Source of the DNA: the human T2T-CHM13v2.0 reference genome, Homo sapiens
Direction: 5' to 3' (one strand)
Length of the DNA: 64,000 nucleotides
Assembly (NCBI RefSeq): GCF_009914755.1
Contig: NC_060943.1
The translations under genes were made by a program, and so were the position numbers. How positions within the stretch are numbered: the first letter of the stretch is position 1; each line of letters starts with the position of its first letter. The notes under the pieces are model-generated. The model searched no databases and had not been told where the DNA came from. It saw only the letters and a program-made list of their open reading frames with translations. Below are positions 10,123 to 22,359 of the stretch, in pieces.

Positions 10123-12192
10123 GTAAGGAAAACAAAGGTGGGGGGGGGATCGCGGGGCGCGGCGCGGTGCGGGGGGCGCGGCGCGGGGGGGCGGCGGCGG
10201 GTGGGGGGGCAGCTTCGGCGTCCGGGAGGTGGCAAAGTGAGTTTGGACTCTTGGCGCGGCCCCCCCGTCCCCTCCCCCTCCCCATCTCGGCGAGGCCTGC
10301 CGCCCGGTTCCTTCTCGCCCCATCGCGATTAAAAAATACGGTCTAATTAAATATCCGTGGCTGTGACGTTGGCGAGAGAAGCTGTCAGCGGGTGGGGGGT
10401 GGGGGGAAAGAAGAGGAAAACCGAGCCGGCGGCTGCGGCCGGGCATCGTATGGCGCTAGAGAACTTCGGCGGCGAGCGGGACCTGCGCCTGGGCCGCCGC
10501 CTCCCCGCCCGCGGTCCCGGGACCGTTACTTTGAAAAGGAGTCCCGAGGCCTGGCGCCCGGCGCGCGATCGGGACCCCGCGTCCAGCTCCGGGGACCCGG
10601 CCGGCGCCCCCCACCCGCGAGCGGCCCGCGAGCCACTCTCAGGCCCCGGGAAACTTTCAAGAGGGTCTGGGGGGTGGGGGGAGTAAAAAGGGGAGGGGGT
10701 AGGCTGGGGCCGCGGAAACTTCTGCTCAAGTGACTTTCCCCATTTTCTCCTCTGCCTGGGACGGGGGTTCGCCTTGCGCTCTTTCTCTGGTCCGCGCTCA
10801 CTGCGGGGTTCCGGCCCCTCCGCCCGTGGAGAGAGGGTAATTTGCAACCTTTTTTTTTTTTCAATTAAAGTTAGCTGATGCTTACAATGTGTCAAACTTG
10901 CGGGCGCCGAGAGCCGCTGAGATCTGCCATTTTGTGATTGCATCGGCCTCCTGTGCCCCGGGAGCCTGGCCAGGCTGAGGCCGGAGAGTTGGTTTCAGGG
11001 CTGAGGTGCCAGGGTCCGAACCCGCGACCCCAGGAAAGGCCGTGGCGCCTGCAAGCGCAGGCGGCGCCCGCAGCACCTGCCCCAGCCGGGCCTCGGCCTG
11101 GGGGCCCAGCCGGGGGCCAAAGAGGAAATAAATAAATAAATAAGTAACAGGTTATGGAGGGAAAAGAGCCGGCCAGTCCCAGGCTGGAGAAATGAGGCCA
11201 ATCAGAGCGAGGAAGTGCGGGCGTGGGGGCTCTGGAAGGCAGAGGAGAGGCAGGGCTTGCGCGGCGTCTGGGAAGAGTGCAATCTGGGGGGACGCCTCCC
11301 GTCCCCCCAGCGCAGATGCATGACTGGGGTAGGAATGATCTTTGCTGATAAGCCTTTTTCTGTTTGCTTCAAGACATTATTTTTCGAAGATGAATTGAGG
11401 AAAACAGTCGTAGGCGAGACTCGGGGTGTATTTTAGGCAAAAAAAAAAAAAGTTAGGGTTGGGGGAGAGCTTTCCTTTGATGAGTAGGAAAGTGTCCAGA
11501 TCTCGACGCGCCCATCTGTTGCAGTTTTGCAAATAATTTAAAATATAGATATCTCCATATAGACGGATGTATGTGAAGTGGAGGAAGGTCGAAACGCGGG
11601 GAAGTTAGGGAAAAAGAAAGAAAAAGGGCTGGGCAGAGAGAGACCTGTGTTGCTCACTCTTCACTCTGCGGAGTGAACTCCGGCAGGGCTTTCTTTGGGG
11701 ACAGGTGGAAAGTTAAGTCCCCCCCTTTTCACTTCTGTATTGTGAGTGGTTCCTACTGTGTGCCTGTTGGAGAACATGTCCACCGTTCCCGAGTTAGGTG
11801 GAGGATTGGAATGTTGGGGGGCGGGGAGCGTTGGAGTTGAGGACGCAGTGGCCAGGGGCTGGGGGCCGAGAAAGAGCAGGGCGGGGTCTCAGCCCCGCGT
11901 GCGGGTGGCAGCGGCGGCCGGGTTTTGTTTGCCAGATATTGTTATGTCTAACGGGTGCCTCGCCGGAGACGTGATTTGTCAGCCGCCTTCGTTTTCACTT
12001 TAGCAGAAAATACGGCAGCTGCGAGGTGTCCCGGCCTGCGGGGCTCGGGCACCCGGTGCGTCCTGGGGGCTGGGTCGTGTGCGCGGGTGGGAGCCGGCGG
12101 CCGGCGGGGCCGGGGCGAGGGGCGAGCGGGAGGGGCGGAGTGAGCGAGCGCGCGGTACGGCCCTCCGGTTCCTCCTGCGCCTTCTCCCGGCA

Positions 12193-12213
12193 GCCGCCGC
12201 CGCCGCCGCCGCC
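12193..12213 (+). repeat. (GCC)7 trinucleotide repeat in CpG island
   Basis: gccgccgccgccgccgccgcc followed by gct. Confidence 0.95.
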
Positions 12214-12744
12214 GCTGTGCAATTTAGCAGAAATCCGACAGGGGCCGCGTTTGCTGAGCGCATCCGGCGGCCGGGCAGCCCGAGCGGGCCGCCGGGCCTG
12301 GTCGGCCGGTGTAGAGGCGCGGAGGGGGCCGGCGGAGGGGACCGGCGGGGATGGGCGCGGGAAGCACGCCTGACCAGAGCACGCGCCGTTCCCCAACCCT
12401 GGTGTCCCCGGCGAGTTGGGCAGCCCCGCGCGCCCTGACCTTGACGCCCCAGTCTCCAGCCAGGGCTTAGGTGAACTTGGGGTGGGGTGTGCGTGCGTGC
12501 GTGTGTATGTGCGTGCGTGTGTGTGTGTGGAAGGGGTGGTGAGACTGGGAACGCGCTGTTTTCTTTCCCAGTTTGATACTAGCAACTGGATTTTTACTTT
12601 AAGACCGGCTTTGCTCTCTGCTGGGGTTGGGAGGGGGGGCGATCTTTTCCCATCACTCACATCTTTGTTCATTGTTCACTGAGTGGAAGGCAGGCGACTT
12701 AAAGAGACGAAAGAGAGGAAAAAGGGGTGAGAGACGGAGAGAGG

Positions 12745-13126
12745 AAAAAGAGGGGGGCGGCCAGAAGAGGGAAGGAGAGGCGTGGGGACAGGGCCCCCGC
12801 CCCCGCCGGGGTCGGGTTTGATGGTGAAATAGTAAACCCACGCACGGAGGGTCGCCAGGAAAGTGGACATTACCGCTTTAATTAACTTCGAGATGCTCCG
12901 GCGGCGGGACCTGGCGTAGCCGTGACGCGCCCCCATAAATCTGCCCGGCCCGGGGCTGCTCCGAGAACTCGTACAGTAGCGGCGTCAGATCCATCCCGCG
13001 CCTCCCAGTCCGGAGTCCATTTGCATAATTGGATTTTTTTTTTTTGCCTCCTTCTTTCTCCCTGAAACTTGTTTGAAAACCCAAGTGAAAACCGCGACGA
13101 TCTGCACACTCAAAAGCAAGTGCCAA
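12745..13126 (+). other. Candidate alternative non-coding first exon D
   Basis: Donor CAA|GTAAGT at 13126/13127 near the 3' edge of the CpG island, with a purine-rich leader upstream. Start approximate. Confidence 0.65.
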
Positions 13127-16100
13127 GTAAGTGCCCTGCGGTGGCCTCGGCGCGCCCCGGGGTGAGCGCGCAAAGCCGGGAGCGAGGTGCCGCGAGCTGC
13201 GCGCCGCCCCGGGCCGGCCTCGCGTGTGGGCGGCTGGGCGGCTGGGCGGCGGGAGGACGGCCTCCGCGGGCTCCGGGACTGCCCGGCTGGCTGCTCGCAC
13301 AACTTTTTTTTTTTCCCCCGTCTGCTGACTTTTCGGGCCAGGTGAAGTGTTTGGGCCACGCGTGTACCTGTGGCGAGACTCGGGAGGCGATCTTGGGGGG
13401 CGCGCGGTCGCAGTTGGGCATCTTGCCTGGGTCGGGGGCGGGCAGTCGGTCCCAGTGGCCGCCGCTGAGGGCAGAGCTGCGAGCGAGCGGGGCCGGCTGC
13501 TGGTCGCGCCGCGCCGTAAATGCAAGCCTGTAGCCAAATGCTTCCCCCATTATTCTAAGGTTTGTGTCTGCGTGTGCGTGTATGTATGTGTGTGTTTGCG
13601 CTGTGCTTTTAAACAGAAAGAAAAGCAACCAAAACAAGAGCAGGAAGGGCTTTTTCCTTAGCTCGTCCCCCTTCCCCCAGCATCATTTATTTCTTTTGCT
13701 TGAAGGAGAGTGCAGACCTTCTTTGCTAAAGACAGGGTCACCGAGAGATTGACAATTCTGTTGGAAATGCCATCAATCCTATAGCGAAAATGTAGCTGCA
13801 TTTATAAAATACCAACCCTTGCCTGATAAGGAAAGTGGTTTCACAGTGTCTCAAATTTTATTGAAAATATGTAATATTATTATAATGATTATTTACAGCG
13901 TTCAGAACCCAGGGGAAAAGTCGATTTGCTTGGGGGAAGACTAGAACCCTAGTTCTTGTTTGCCGGCCAGCCTGGGAACTTGCCTGGGGCTGCGCCCACC
14001 ACCCTGAAAGCTGCTGCGGGTGGTGGGGGGGGCTCAGCTTTCAGTCCAGGGAGTCGCAGGGGGTCGCCCCTGCAGCCCTCTGGCCTCTGCTCGGGGAGAG
14101 CCCAGGGCTTCTGGCTGAAGGCTGCTTTAGTTATGATGTCATTCTGATAGCGGAGTGCAAATGTCTCCTGATTCCACCATTAACCGCCTGGCTGATTTGC
14201 TTGGTAATGATAGCACTGACGTCCTGCTCCCTGACAAATGCAGAACCGCCGAGCCCTAGGAATTAACTTTTCCCCCCACTGAGGAGAAACCCGGCTGCCA
14301 GAAGTCTCAGCACTGGGCCTCTGCCTGTGGACTTTGTCTGCCTCAGTCCCAGACACTGACATACATGACAGGCCCCTGGGCTGAGGGACCCGTTTTCCCA
14401 AAGTTTAGAAAACTTTTAAGACTTTCATTTCCAGAAGACCCTTAATCTGGTCAAACTTAAGTGCGATTGTGACCAGGCAGAGATATTTGCATGTGACCAA
14501 TGGCAGGGACTCTGAGACCATTGCATGGAAGACTTGCCTCCTACCTTCAGCCCCTTAACTGTGTCTTCATGTTAATATCACTGCAAGTCAGCCGGATTTA
14601 GTGTTGATTTTTAACTAGTGTACAATGATTTAAGATTTCTTTTGATTTACTGTTCAAATGAAATTTACATAAATGTGATGAAAATGAACTTAACATCTGG
14701 GCATATGAAAAAAGGTTAGTACCTCATATGTCATCTGCAGGGAAAGTCTCTAAAATGCTTTCACCCTAAACTGGGTTTGGGGAAACAGTTCCTGGAGACA
14801 TAAATGGTAATTATGGAGAACCTGGAGAAAACACTTTCAATAAATTTGCATTCTTTTGGACTAGAGCTCTGAAAGCCCATCTTGTTCTGTGCCTGGAGTG
14901 GTTAACTTCTGAGCAGGCTGGAGATCTTCGCAACTCAGCAACTTAACTGCTGGCCGGGCTGTCTTCACGGAAGACTTAGGGCAGGCAGGGAGCGACAGTC
15001 ACGCTGTTCTGGTCCAAGTCAGAGGCCAATAACCCCCATTATGGGAGAGGACAGAGAGGCAGCTAGAAGGTGCCGCCCGACTTCCCACAGTTGCCCATAG
15101 GGTACTGAAGGCAGTGCTGAGATGTGGAATCATTGCCCACTGAACCCCAAAGAGCTGAATGATTAGGTTTGTTTGCTTTGCCTTAGGTAACCAAAGAAAT
15201 TTCCATCAGCTCCACGAGCCCATTCAAGTGAACTCTGAACTCCATCTTACTTTTGAGCAAGAGAAGCTTATCTCTGGCATCAGGAAATCAGAATTAAACA
15301 GCCTTCCCCAAATGTGGTTGCCTTTTGCTCAAAAGTTGGCTGTGAATGGCACAGGTGTTTTTAAAGTGCCTTGAATGGAGGGGGAAGAAAGACAGCAATG
15401 ATACTCATGAGAATATAGATGAACTTTTTTTTTTTTTTTATAAGAAGAGTATCATAAAAGAAGAAAGCAAATAGATTTATTTTTCCAGGCTGAATGAGGA
15501 CAATTATAGCTTTTTAACATCTTTGGATTTAGTGTTTTTAATAAGCCTTTTAAGTAAGCTGAAATATCAGCTTGCATTTTGTTCTCAACATTATTTAAAG
15601 TGAGACTTGATGCAAATTTAAAAACAAGTGAGTTTTCTGCAGGTCAACATTTGTCCATATGAAGGAGAGAAGCCTCTTCCATGGCCTGTCTGCCAGGACC
15701 TAGGGCAGGCCAGTGCTCAGCCCTGCCTCAGCCTATCTCCAAGTGAGGCCTTAGATTTCGGCTGGAAGGACAGGGGTGGTCAGGTGGCATCTCTCAGGCT
15801 GTGAAGGCTGGATTTTGGAATCTAAAAGCAGGGCACAAACTCGCTTGCATTGCTACTAGTGGGGCCTTGTGAGTGGAGGGGCTTCCTCTGAACTCACACC
15901 TGCTGTGCACACTGGCACCTTCTCCAGAATGTGCCAGGGCAGGGTCTGGGCTGAGGCTGTGGAGGAGTTGGAGGGAAGGGAGCAGGGCCAATGGGGAGGA
16001 GTGGGAGGGAGGTCTCTGTCTGCCTGGTTGGGCTCACCTGTGTGCTTCATGTGGTACCTGCTCGGGAGTTGGAAGGGAGGCCTTTTGCCAAGGAGAGGGA

Positions 16101-16235
16101 TTGGTTGTTCAGGTCTAGACTCTTCAGGCTGCCGTGATGGTCCCCTTGGTGGCATTGAACGTCCTTAGAGGAGTGAGCAGATAATGTGTGTGGTCAGAAT
16201 GCGCTAAGCCAGGGAGTGGCCCCCTAGGTTGTGCT

Positions 16236-16291
16236 GGTGATGGTGGTGGTGGTGATGTGTGTGTGTGTGTGTGTCTGTCTGTCTGTGTGTG
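16236..16291 (+). repeat. (TGG)n/(TG)n compound microsatellite
   Basis: ggtgatggtggtggtggtgatgtgtgtgtgtgtgtgtgt. Confidence 0.9.
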
Positions 16292-16724
16292 CTGGGGAAG
16301 GGTGCTGCCTGTTAGAAATACTTGTTCTGAGATGATTTCCTTTTCATCCACAATTGTACTATCCAGGATAGACTGGTGAGTTTGTAATGTACATGTGTGT
16401 TGGAGGGGTTGGGGTGGAAATAAATGAAGAAATCAGGAAATACAAAAGAAAATGCATCTTCAGAATAGAGATGCTAGGAAACACAGTCCAGTTTTCTGAA
16501 ATCCCCCTCACTTTTTTTTTTTCCCAAAAGAAGGCAAACATGGATGGAAGCCCCCTCAGGAAGGTGGGCTGTGCGGGAAGCCATCTGGCCCACCTGGGGT
16601 GGGCGTGGGGGCCTCCCCCGGCCAGTTGATGCCATCAACGGGCTCCTGTTGACTGTGCCTGGTGATAAGGGCTGCTGTGGCTGCTTCTGCTGGCTCCCTG
16701 AGAGTCTCCTCTCAGCTTCTGATT

Positions 16725-17028
16725 TTTAAAAAATAATTTTTCAACTTTTATTTTAGCTTCAGGGGGTACATGTGCAGGGTTGCTATATGGGTACATTGTG
16801 TGATGCTGAGGTCTGGGGTACAATGCATCCCGTCACCCAGGTAGTGAGCATGGCACCCAATAGTTTCTCAGCCCTTCTGCCCCTGCCTTTCTCCCCCCTC
16901 TAGTGTCCCCCAGTATCCATTGTTGCCATCTTTATATTAATGTGTACCCAATCTTTAGCTTCCACTTATACATGAGAACATGCTGTATTTGGTTTTCTGT
17001 TCCTGCGTTAATTCGCTTAGGATAATGA
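16725..17028 (-). mobile_element. L1 3' end (old L1PA/L1PB type)
   Basis: caacttttattttagcttcagggggtacatgtgcagg...ccacttatacatgagaacatg...ttcgcttaggataatg. Confidence 0.9.
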
Positions 17029-17234
17029 GCTTTCACTTTTAAAAATCACTGTAGATCTCTGGTCTTTCTCTTACAGTGGAGTTTTTGCTACTATAAGCAG
17101 CATCAAGCACTTGGCTTTTCACATGCTCTGAGCTTGCTCGAGGTGGGGTTTATTTTCCCTAAGAGACAAGATTCAGATGAGAGTGAGGTTTGGGTGGAAC
17201 TTAACAGATGAACCTGGGCATCATTTCTCCAGCT

Positions 17235-17380
17235 CAGGGCACTCGTGGGAGTCCGTGCTGTGCGTTGTAGGATGTTTGGGAGCGTCCCCAGCTTCTACCC
17301 CACTAGATGCCAGTAGCACCCCCCAGCTATGATAATCAAAAATGTCTCCAGACATTTCCATATCTCCCTTGGGGAGAATC
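17235..17380. mobile_element. MER20 (hAT-Charlie) fragment
   Basis: tgtaggatgttt...ctaccccactagatgccagtagcaccccc...aaaaatgtctccagacatt. Confidence 0.85.
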
Positions 17381-17793
17381 AAGCTTATTTCCCACACTTT
17401 ATGCGCTGGGCCTTGTCTTGGGCCTCTTCAGGGGGGTGGAAGGTCAGCTGTGGTCCTACCTTTGGGGACTGCACAAGCTGGTGGGGAGACAGACAAATCC
17501 CAGTGCCCTGTAAGTCCAGGGGGTTGGACTGTGCACTAAACAGGGGAAGACCCATGGGGTCTGAGAGGGCAGAGAACTTCCACATGGATGAATTGTATCT
17601 GAGCAAAGGCATGGGGCCCAGCTCTGACTGCTTAGAGGTCAATTGCACATGGAGGTGGTGTCGGGGGTTGGGGCGGGGGGAGAACCCCATCCCTGGCCCC
17701 TGACTGTGACATGCAAACTAAGCAGTGGAAAGCATAGTTCTTAGGCTCTGAGTGAGTTGAGGCTGGGCACTTTGCTGGCAGGATAATGATACC

Positions 17794-18100
17794 TTTTTTT
17801 TTTTTTTAACTTTAAGAGATGGAGCCTTGCTCTGTCATCCAGGCTGAAGTGCAGTGGTGCAATCACGGCTCACTGTAGCCTCGTCCTGGGTTCAAGAGAT
17901 CCTCCCACTTTAGCCTCCTGAGTAGCTGGGACTACAGGTACACACCACCACACCTAGGTAGTTTTTAACATTTTTTTTTTTTTAGAGATGGGGTCTTGCT
18001 ATGTTGCCCAGGCTGGTTGCAAACCCCTGGCCTCAGGCAGTCCTCCCACCTCAGCCTACCAAAGTGTTGGGATTACAGGCATGAGGCAGTGCACCTGGCT
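17794..18100 (-). mobile_element. AluJ
   Basis: Full dimer with J-type diagnostic sequence. Confidence 0.95.
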
Positions 18101-18104
18101 GTCC

Positions 18105-18280
18105 ATTTTTGAGTATTTGCTATGTGTAAGGCACAGCTCCTAGTGCTTTACACCTTCCTTATGATGCAGGTACTATATATGTCCAGAATTCAGGAAGGAA
18201 AACTGAGGCAATGGGAGGGGTAGGTGGTGGGTCTAGGATTAGACCCATCCTTTATGCCTCTGGAGTTGGCATGCTTAGCT
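18105..18280 (-). mobile_element. MIR
   Basis: ttgagtatttgctatgtgtaaggcac...gtgctttaca...gaaggaaaactgaggc. Confidence 0.7.
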
Positions 18281-18841
18281 CATCTACTGCTGCAAAGCAT
18301 CTCCCGTGACCCACGTTCAGCTGCCCTTTCTGGGGCCAGATTTACAGCAGGACCTCTGTGATTTGCTCCTGATTCTCAAAGCTCATCCACCACACCCTGA
18401 CACCAGGCTTGGGGGCTGGTAGGGCCAAAGCAAGCACTCTTTGGGGTGGACCAAAGCCTCCAGGTAGGTGGTGGCAGGAAGGCAATGTTGATGCTTCAAA
18501 TGCATGAAGAGATGCAGGAAGGAAAGTCAGTCTATAAGGTTCCCCCTTTCCTCTACCTACTATTCTTAGTCTATGGCTTTCCAATGAGAAAATTAAGTGC
18601 TGTTATGACACAGGAGAAATGATCACCGTAGGCTTGAGCTGACATTAACCTGAAAGTTTTCTATCTAGGCATTACAGCTCTGATTACCTGAGCTGTGTTC
18701 AGTTGGGTCTTTGATTACCTAGGTGGGCCTGGCTCCTGGGGAGTATATTTCTGGCCCCCTACCTCCTTGCTGGCTCTTCAGCTGGATGCTGGGAGGCCAC
18801 CTCTCCACTGCTGACTCTATTTGTCTATTTGGGACCACTAG

Positions 18842-19192
<351 letters not shown>

Positions 19193-19198
19193 TAAATT

Positions 19199-19240
19199 AC
19201 ACACACACACACACACACACACACGCGCGCGCACACGCAC
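19199..19240 (+). repeat. (CA)n(CG)n alternating purine-pyrimidine tract
   Basis: acacacacacacacacacacacacacgcgcgcgcacacgcac. Confidence 0.95.
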
Positions 19241-19549
19241 CCCACACCACGAAGTAGCTTTACTTAGGTTGTGAAAGCCCACCTAAAATCGAGATTAATC
19301 ACAGAAATGCCCATTCAGCCTTAATTATAATGATGGTCTGGCTTGCATTTCTGAGATTCCCTCATAATTCCCATAAATTTGAAGGAGAGTTTGGTTCATG
19401 CAAGGACCAGATCGTAGGACCCTCGGGAGGTGGTATTAATTCAGCAGACATTCCTGCTTGTGGTTTCCAGGTACAGGAGGAAGGGAAGGTTTGGGGCTCT
19501 TCGGTGTAGGTATGGAGAGGTGGCCACAACATTGACACCTGCAGTGGCC

Positions 19550-19700
19550 ACTATTGGGTGGTGACCCCATGCCAGGCACTGCATTACACACCCCGGGTGC
19601 ATTATCTTGCTTAGTTCTTTTAATGCCCCAGGGAAGGGCCTCCCTTGGGGCAGCTTCCGCAGTGGGCAAACTGAGGGGTGTAGGAACTTGTTGCTGCCCA
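19550..19700 (-). mobile_element. MIR (degenerate)
   Basis: atgccaggcactg...cattatctt...gcagtgggcaaactgagg. Confidence 0.55.
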
Positions 19701-22359
19701 TGCCTGTGGCATGGCCGAGCGGGCATTGGAAGCCAGCTGCATTGGCCCAGGAGGCGCGTGTCTCAGCCTTGTTTGCACTCCTGCCTCCCTAAACTGTCCT
19801 TAGCACTGAGAACAAAATCATCCTTCTGAATAATGTTAACCCGCCTTGAAAAGGAAAGTTAAAAATGTCAACCGGAACTTGCTACTTTGAGAACATATAC
19901 ATTGTTGTGAATTTGTTATTAAGAGGGAGAAAATATTTGGAAATGCTATGTCAGCTAACAAGTAACTATAGAGACAGCAAACAGATCACAGCCCACATAG
20001 ATATTACATATAAAATTTAATCTCTTTGAATAGCTTGATATTTAATTTTATCTTCTGAAATATCTAGAAACACTTATCCCTTATTGACTAGAGAAAAAAA
20101 GTAGCTTACACAATTTTTGTGTGTGGTTATTTTCCCAAAATTTTAATTCCCGATTAAAATCTATTTAAATCAAATCAGGCAATGTCTTCCAAATTATTAT
20201 GGAAAGGCCGTCATTTATATGAAGCCTATTGAAGGGGCTGGGAAGTCTTACTGCAATTAGAGCTAAAGTGCTTTAATTATTTTGCTTCCCCGGCCAGGGC
20301 CCCCAGTTTTGGGGTTGTAATCTGTTGATGCCAAGTGGCTATTTCAGCAGCCTTAAATCTGCACCGAGCAGAGAGCGTCTCACGGATAGAACATGGCTGG
20401 ATCTGTTCATTAAACTCAGTGCATGGATTCCACAGCATCAGAGAAACTTTATTCCCCAACGTTTCCACCCGAAAGAGGGTCAATGCTGGTGGGTGGGCAG
20501 TCCCCCTCCAACAGCCCAAGAAGAGTTCAAAAGGTGGAAAAGTGGTAGTGTGGGAATGCGAGGAGGAAGAAAAGCGGCCACATGCCGGCATGAAAGGATT
20601 TAATCTGCGCAGCCGAAACCTCCTCTGATAGTGGAGGGCTTGCTTCTGTGCTGGTCTTGGCAAAGCCACTCTCTCACTGAGTCCTGCCGCCGCCGGGTAC
20701 TGAGGACTTGCATGTAGCTGGGAACAGTCTGAAGCCACAGCCTGCCTGGAGCTCTCATGGACATTGCATGCACCATTTCTTAAGCAAAAAGCCAGACACT
20801 CCATCTGCAATTCTTTTTAGAGATCATTGGTTTGACAACTTCATATTTATTTTCCGTGTGATTTTTGTTTTGTTTTGTTTCAGCCCCCCCACCCCACCCA
20901 TTTCCTTCTTTTTGGCTTTTTCACCCTGTGTGTACACATTCATCCTGAAAGTATTTTGAAAAAGCTTTTGTTAAAGTTGGGGCGGGGGGGGGGTACAATT
21001 GGAATTTTAGTTCCATTTAAAATTTCCATCTATTTTGAAGGCAGAAGAAGTACAGACAAGATAACATGAACATTTCCATCATCTAAAAATGGATTAAGGC
21101 TGCAAGGTAGCAATTTTCCCCTTTAATAACTACTGCCACCCCAAGAAGACACAGTGGCTTTCTTAGTAGGTGACAAACGATTAGCTCAGCCAGGGTCTGG
21201 TCATCTGGTTGGCATTCCCCATGACAGTGCCCTGGGATGTAACGGATGGTGATATGGCTTGTCCTTTGGAGGGGGGTGGTAGGGATGTGTATGCCCGGCA
21301 TGTTGGCATGTTTGTTCTTTGGCGATGGCTGTCTGGTGAGGTCAAGTAATATATTCCAGATATTAGAGTATGTGCCATCTTCCAAATGCTTCCTGAAGAA
21401 CTGGTTGCATTTTGACATTCTGCTCCTTTGTCTCACTGACACCAGCAACTTGATCCTCACGTCTCAAAATGTTGACAGGAGCTAGATTCTTGTGAGATTT
21501 TGTTTTTTTTTCTTCTAGGCACTGCCTGGCTAAGGAGCCTGGCCACTCAGGTGAAAAATACCAGGCCCCTGTGTGGATCTGGGGGACAGCAGGAGTCTGT
21601 TGTTAAGAAAACTTTTTCTCCCTTTGCATGATAATATTGCTCAGATGAAAATCACACAATTTTTGTGTGATCTCCAAATACCACCTTCAATAAAATAATT
21701 TGTTCATTGATCTGAAGAATGAGTGGTTTCCAGCTGCTTCCTTCCCCGGGACAGACTTTCGCATTGGAATCTGTCTCTTTGACTCACTTCTGGTAGAGGT
21801 TGGCCTCCCGTGGAGGCCATTGTGAAAGGGCCAGGCAGCCTGGGGAGGCTGGGGATGGAGCCCTTGTTTCTCTAGGAATCAGAGGGCTTAGCAGAATCAA
21901 ACACAAAATCATAATATGATAATTTGAGCTTAAACGTGAAGGTATTTATGATCACTGATCTTCATCTCAAAGGTAGGCGAGTGGAATTCTTGCTGGACTG
22001 TGGGGGCCAAGGCGACCCTCCTTTTACTAATCTCTATCATCAACGGACTCTTAACCTTCAGAGTAACATGAGGAAACTTTGTGTATCTTTTCACTGACTG
22101 TATCATTGATCCTGAAGGAGGAGAGTCTAAAGGAGGATTCTTTGTGTGCATTTTGTTTGCTAATTAAATTGTTTTTGCAAGAGTTACACAGTCCATGTGT
22201 GTTGCTTGATACATCCATATCTATAAGTTCTTTTTTTTTTTTGCATAATTTAACTTTTAGGGTTGCTTCCTCTCTCAATAAGATGCTTATTTCATTGAGC
22301 TGGAAACATCAAGTTTGTAAATGAGGAAGAGCTGGAGGCATCTTTTTGTTTTGTTTTAA

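Larger units (their letters stand above)
9820..13580. promoter_or_regulatory. Main CpG island / promoter complex
   Basis: About 3.7 kb of very high GC and CpG density, GC boxes (ggggcgg), a CCAAT box (ggccaatc near 11197), GCC repeat, no interspersed repeats. Confidence 0.95.

Noticed and set aside
11995-12672. 225-aa ATG-initiated ORF on the - strand (longest in the window)
   Set aside because: Lies in a CpG island where stops are rare; P/R/G/A-rich low complexity, runs through (CA)n and GGC repeats, and has no recognisable domain. Would need Ribo-seq or PhyloCSF support.
6450-13660. Many overlapping 100-220 aa ORFs on both strands
   Set aside because: Expected artefact of high GC content; they overlap in all frames with no domain-like sequence.
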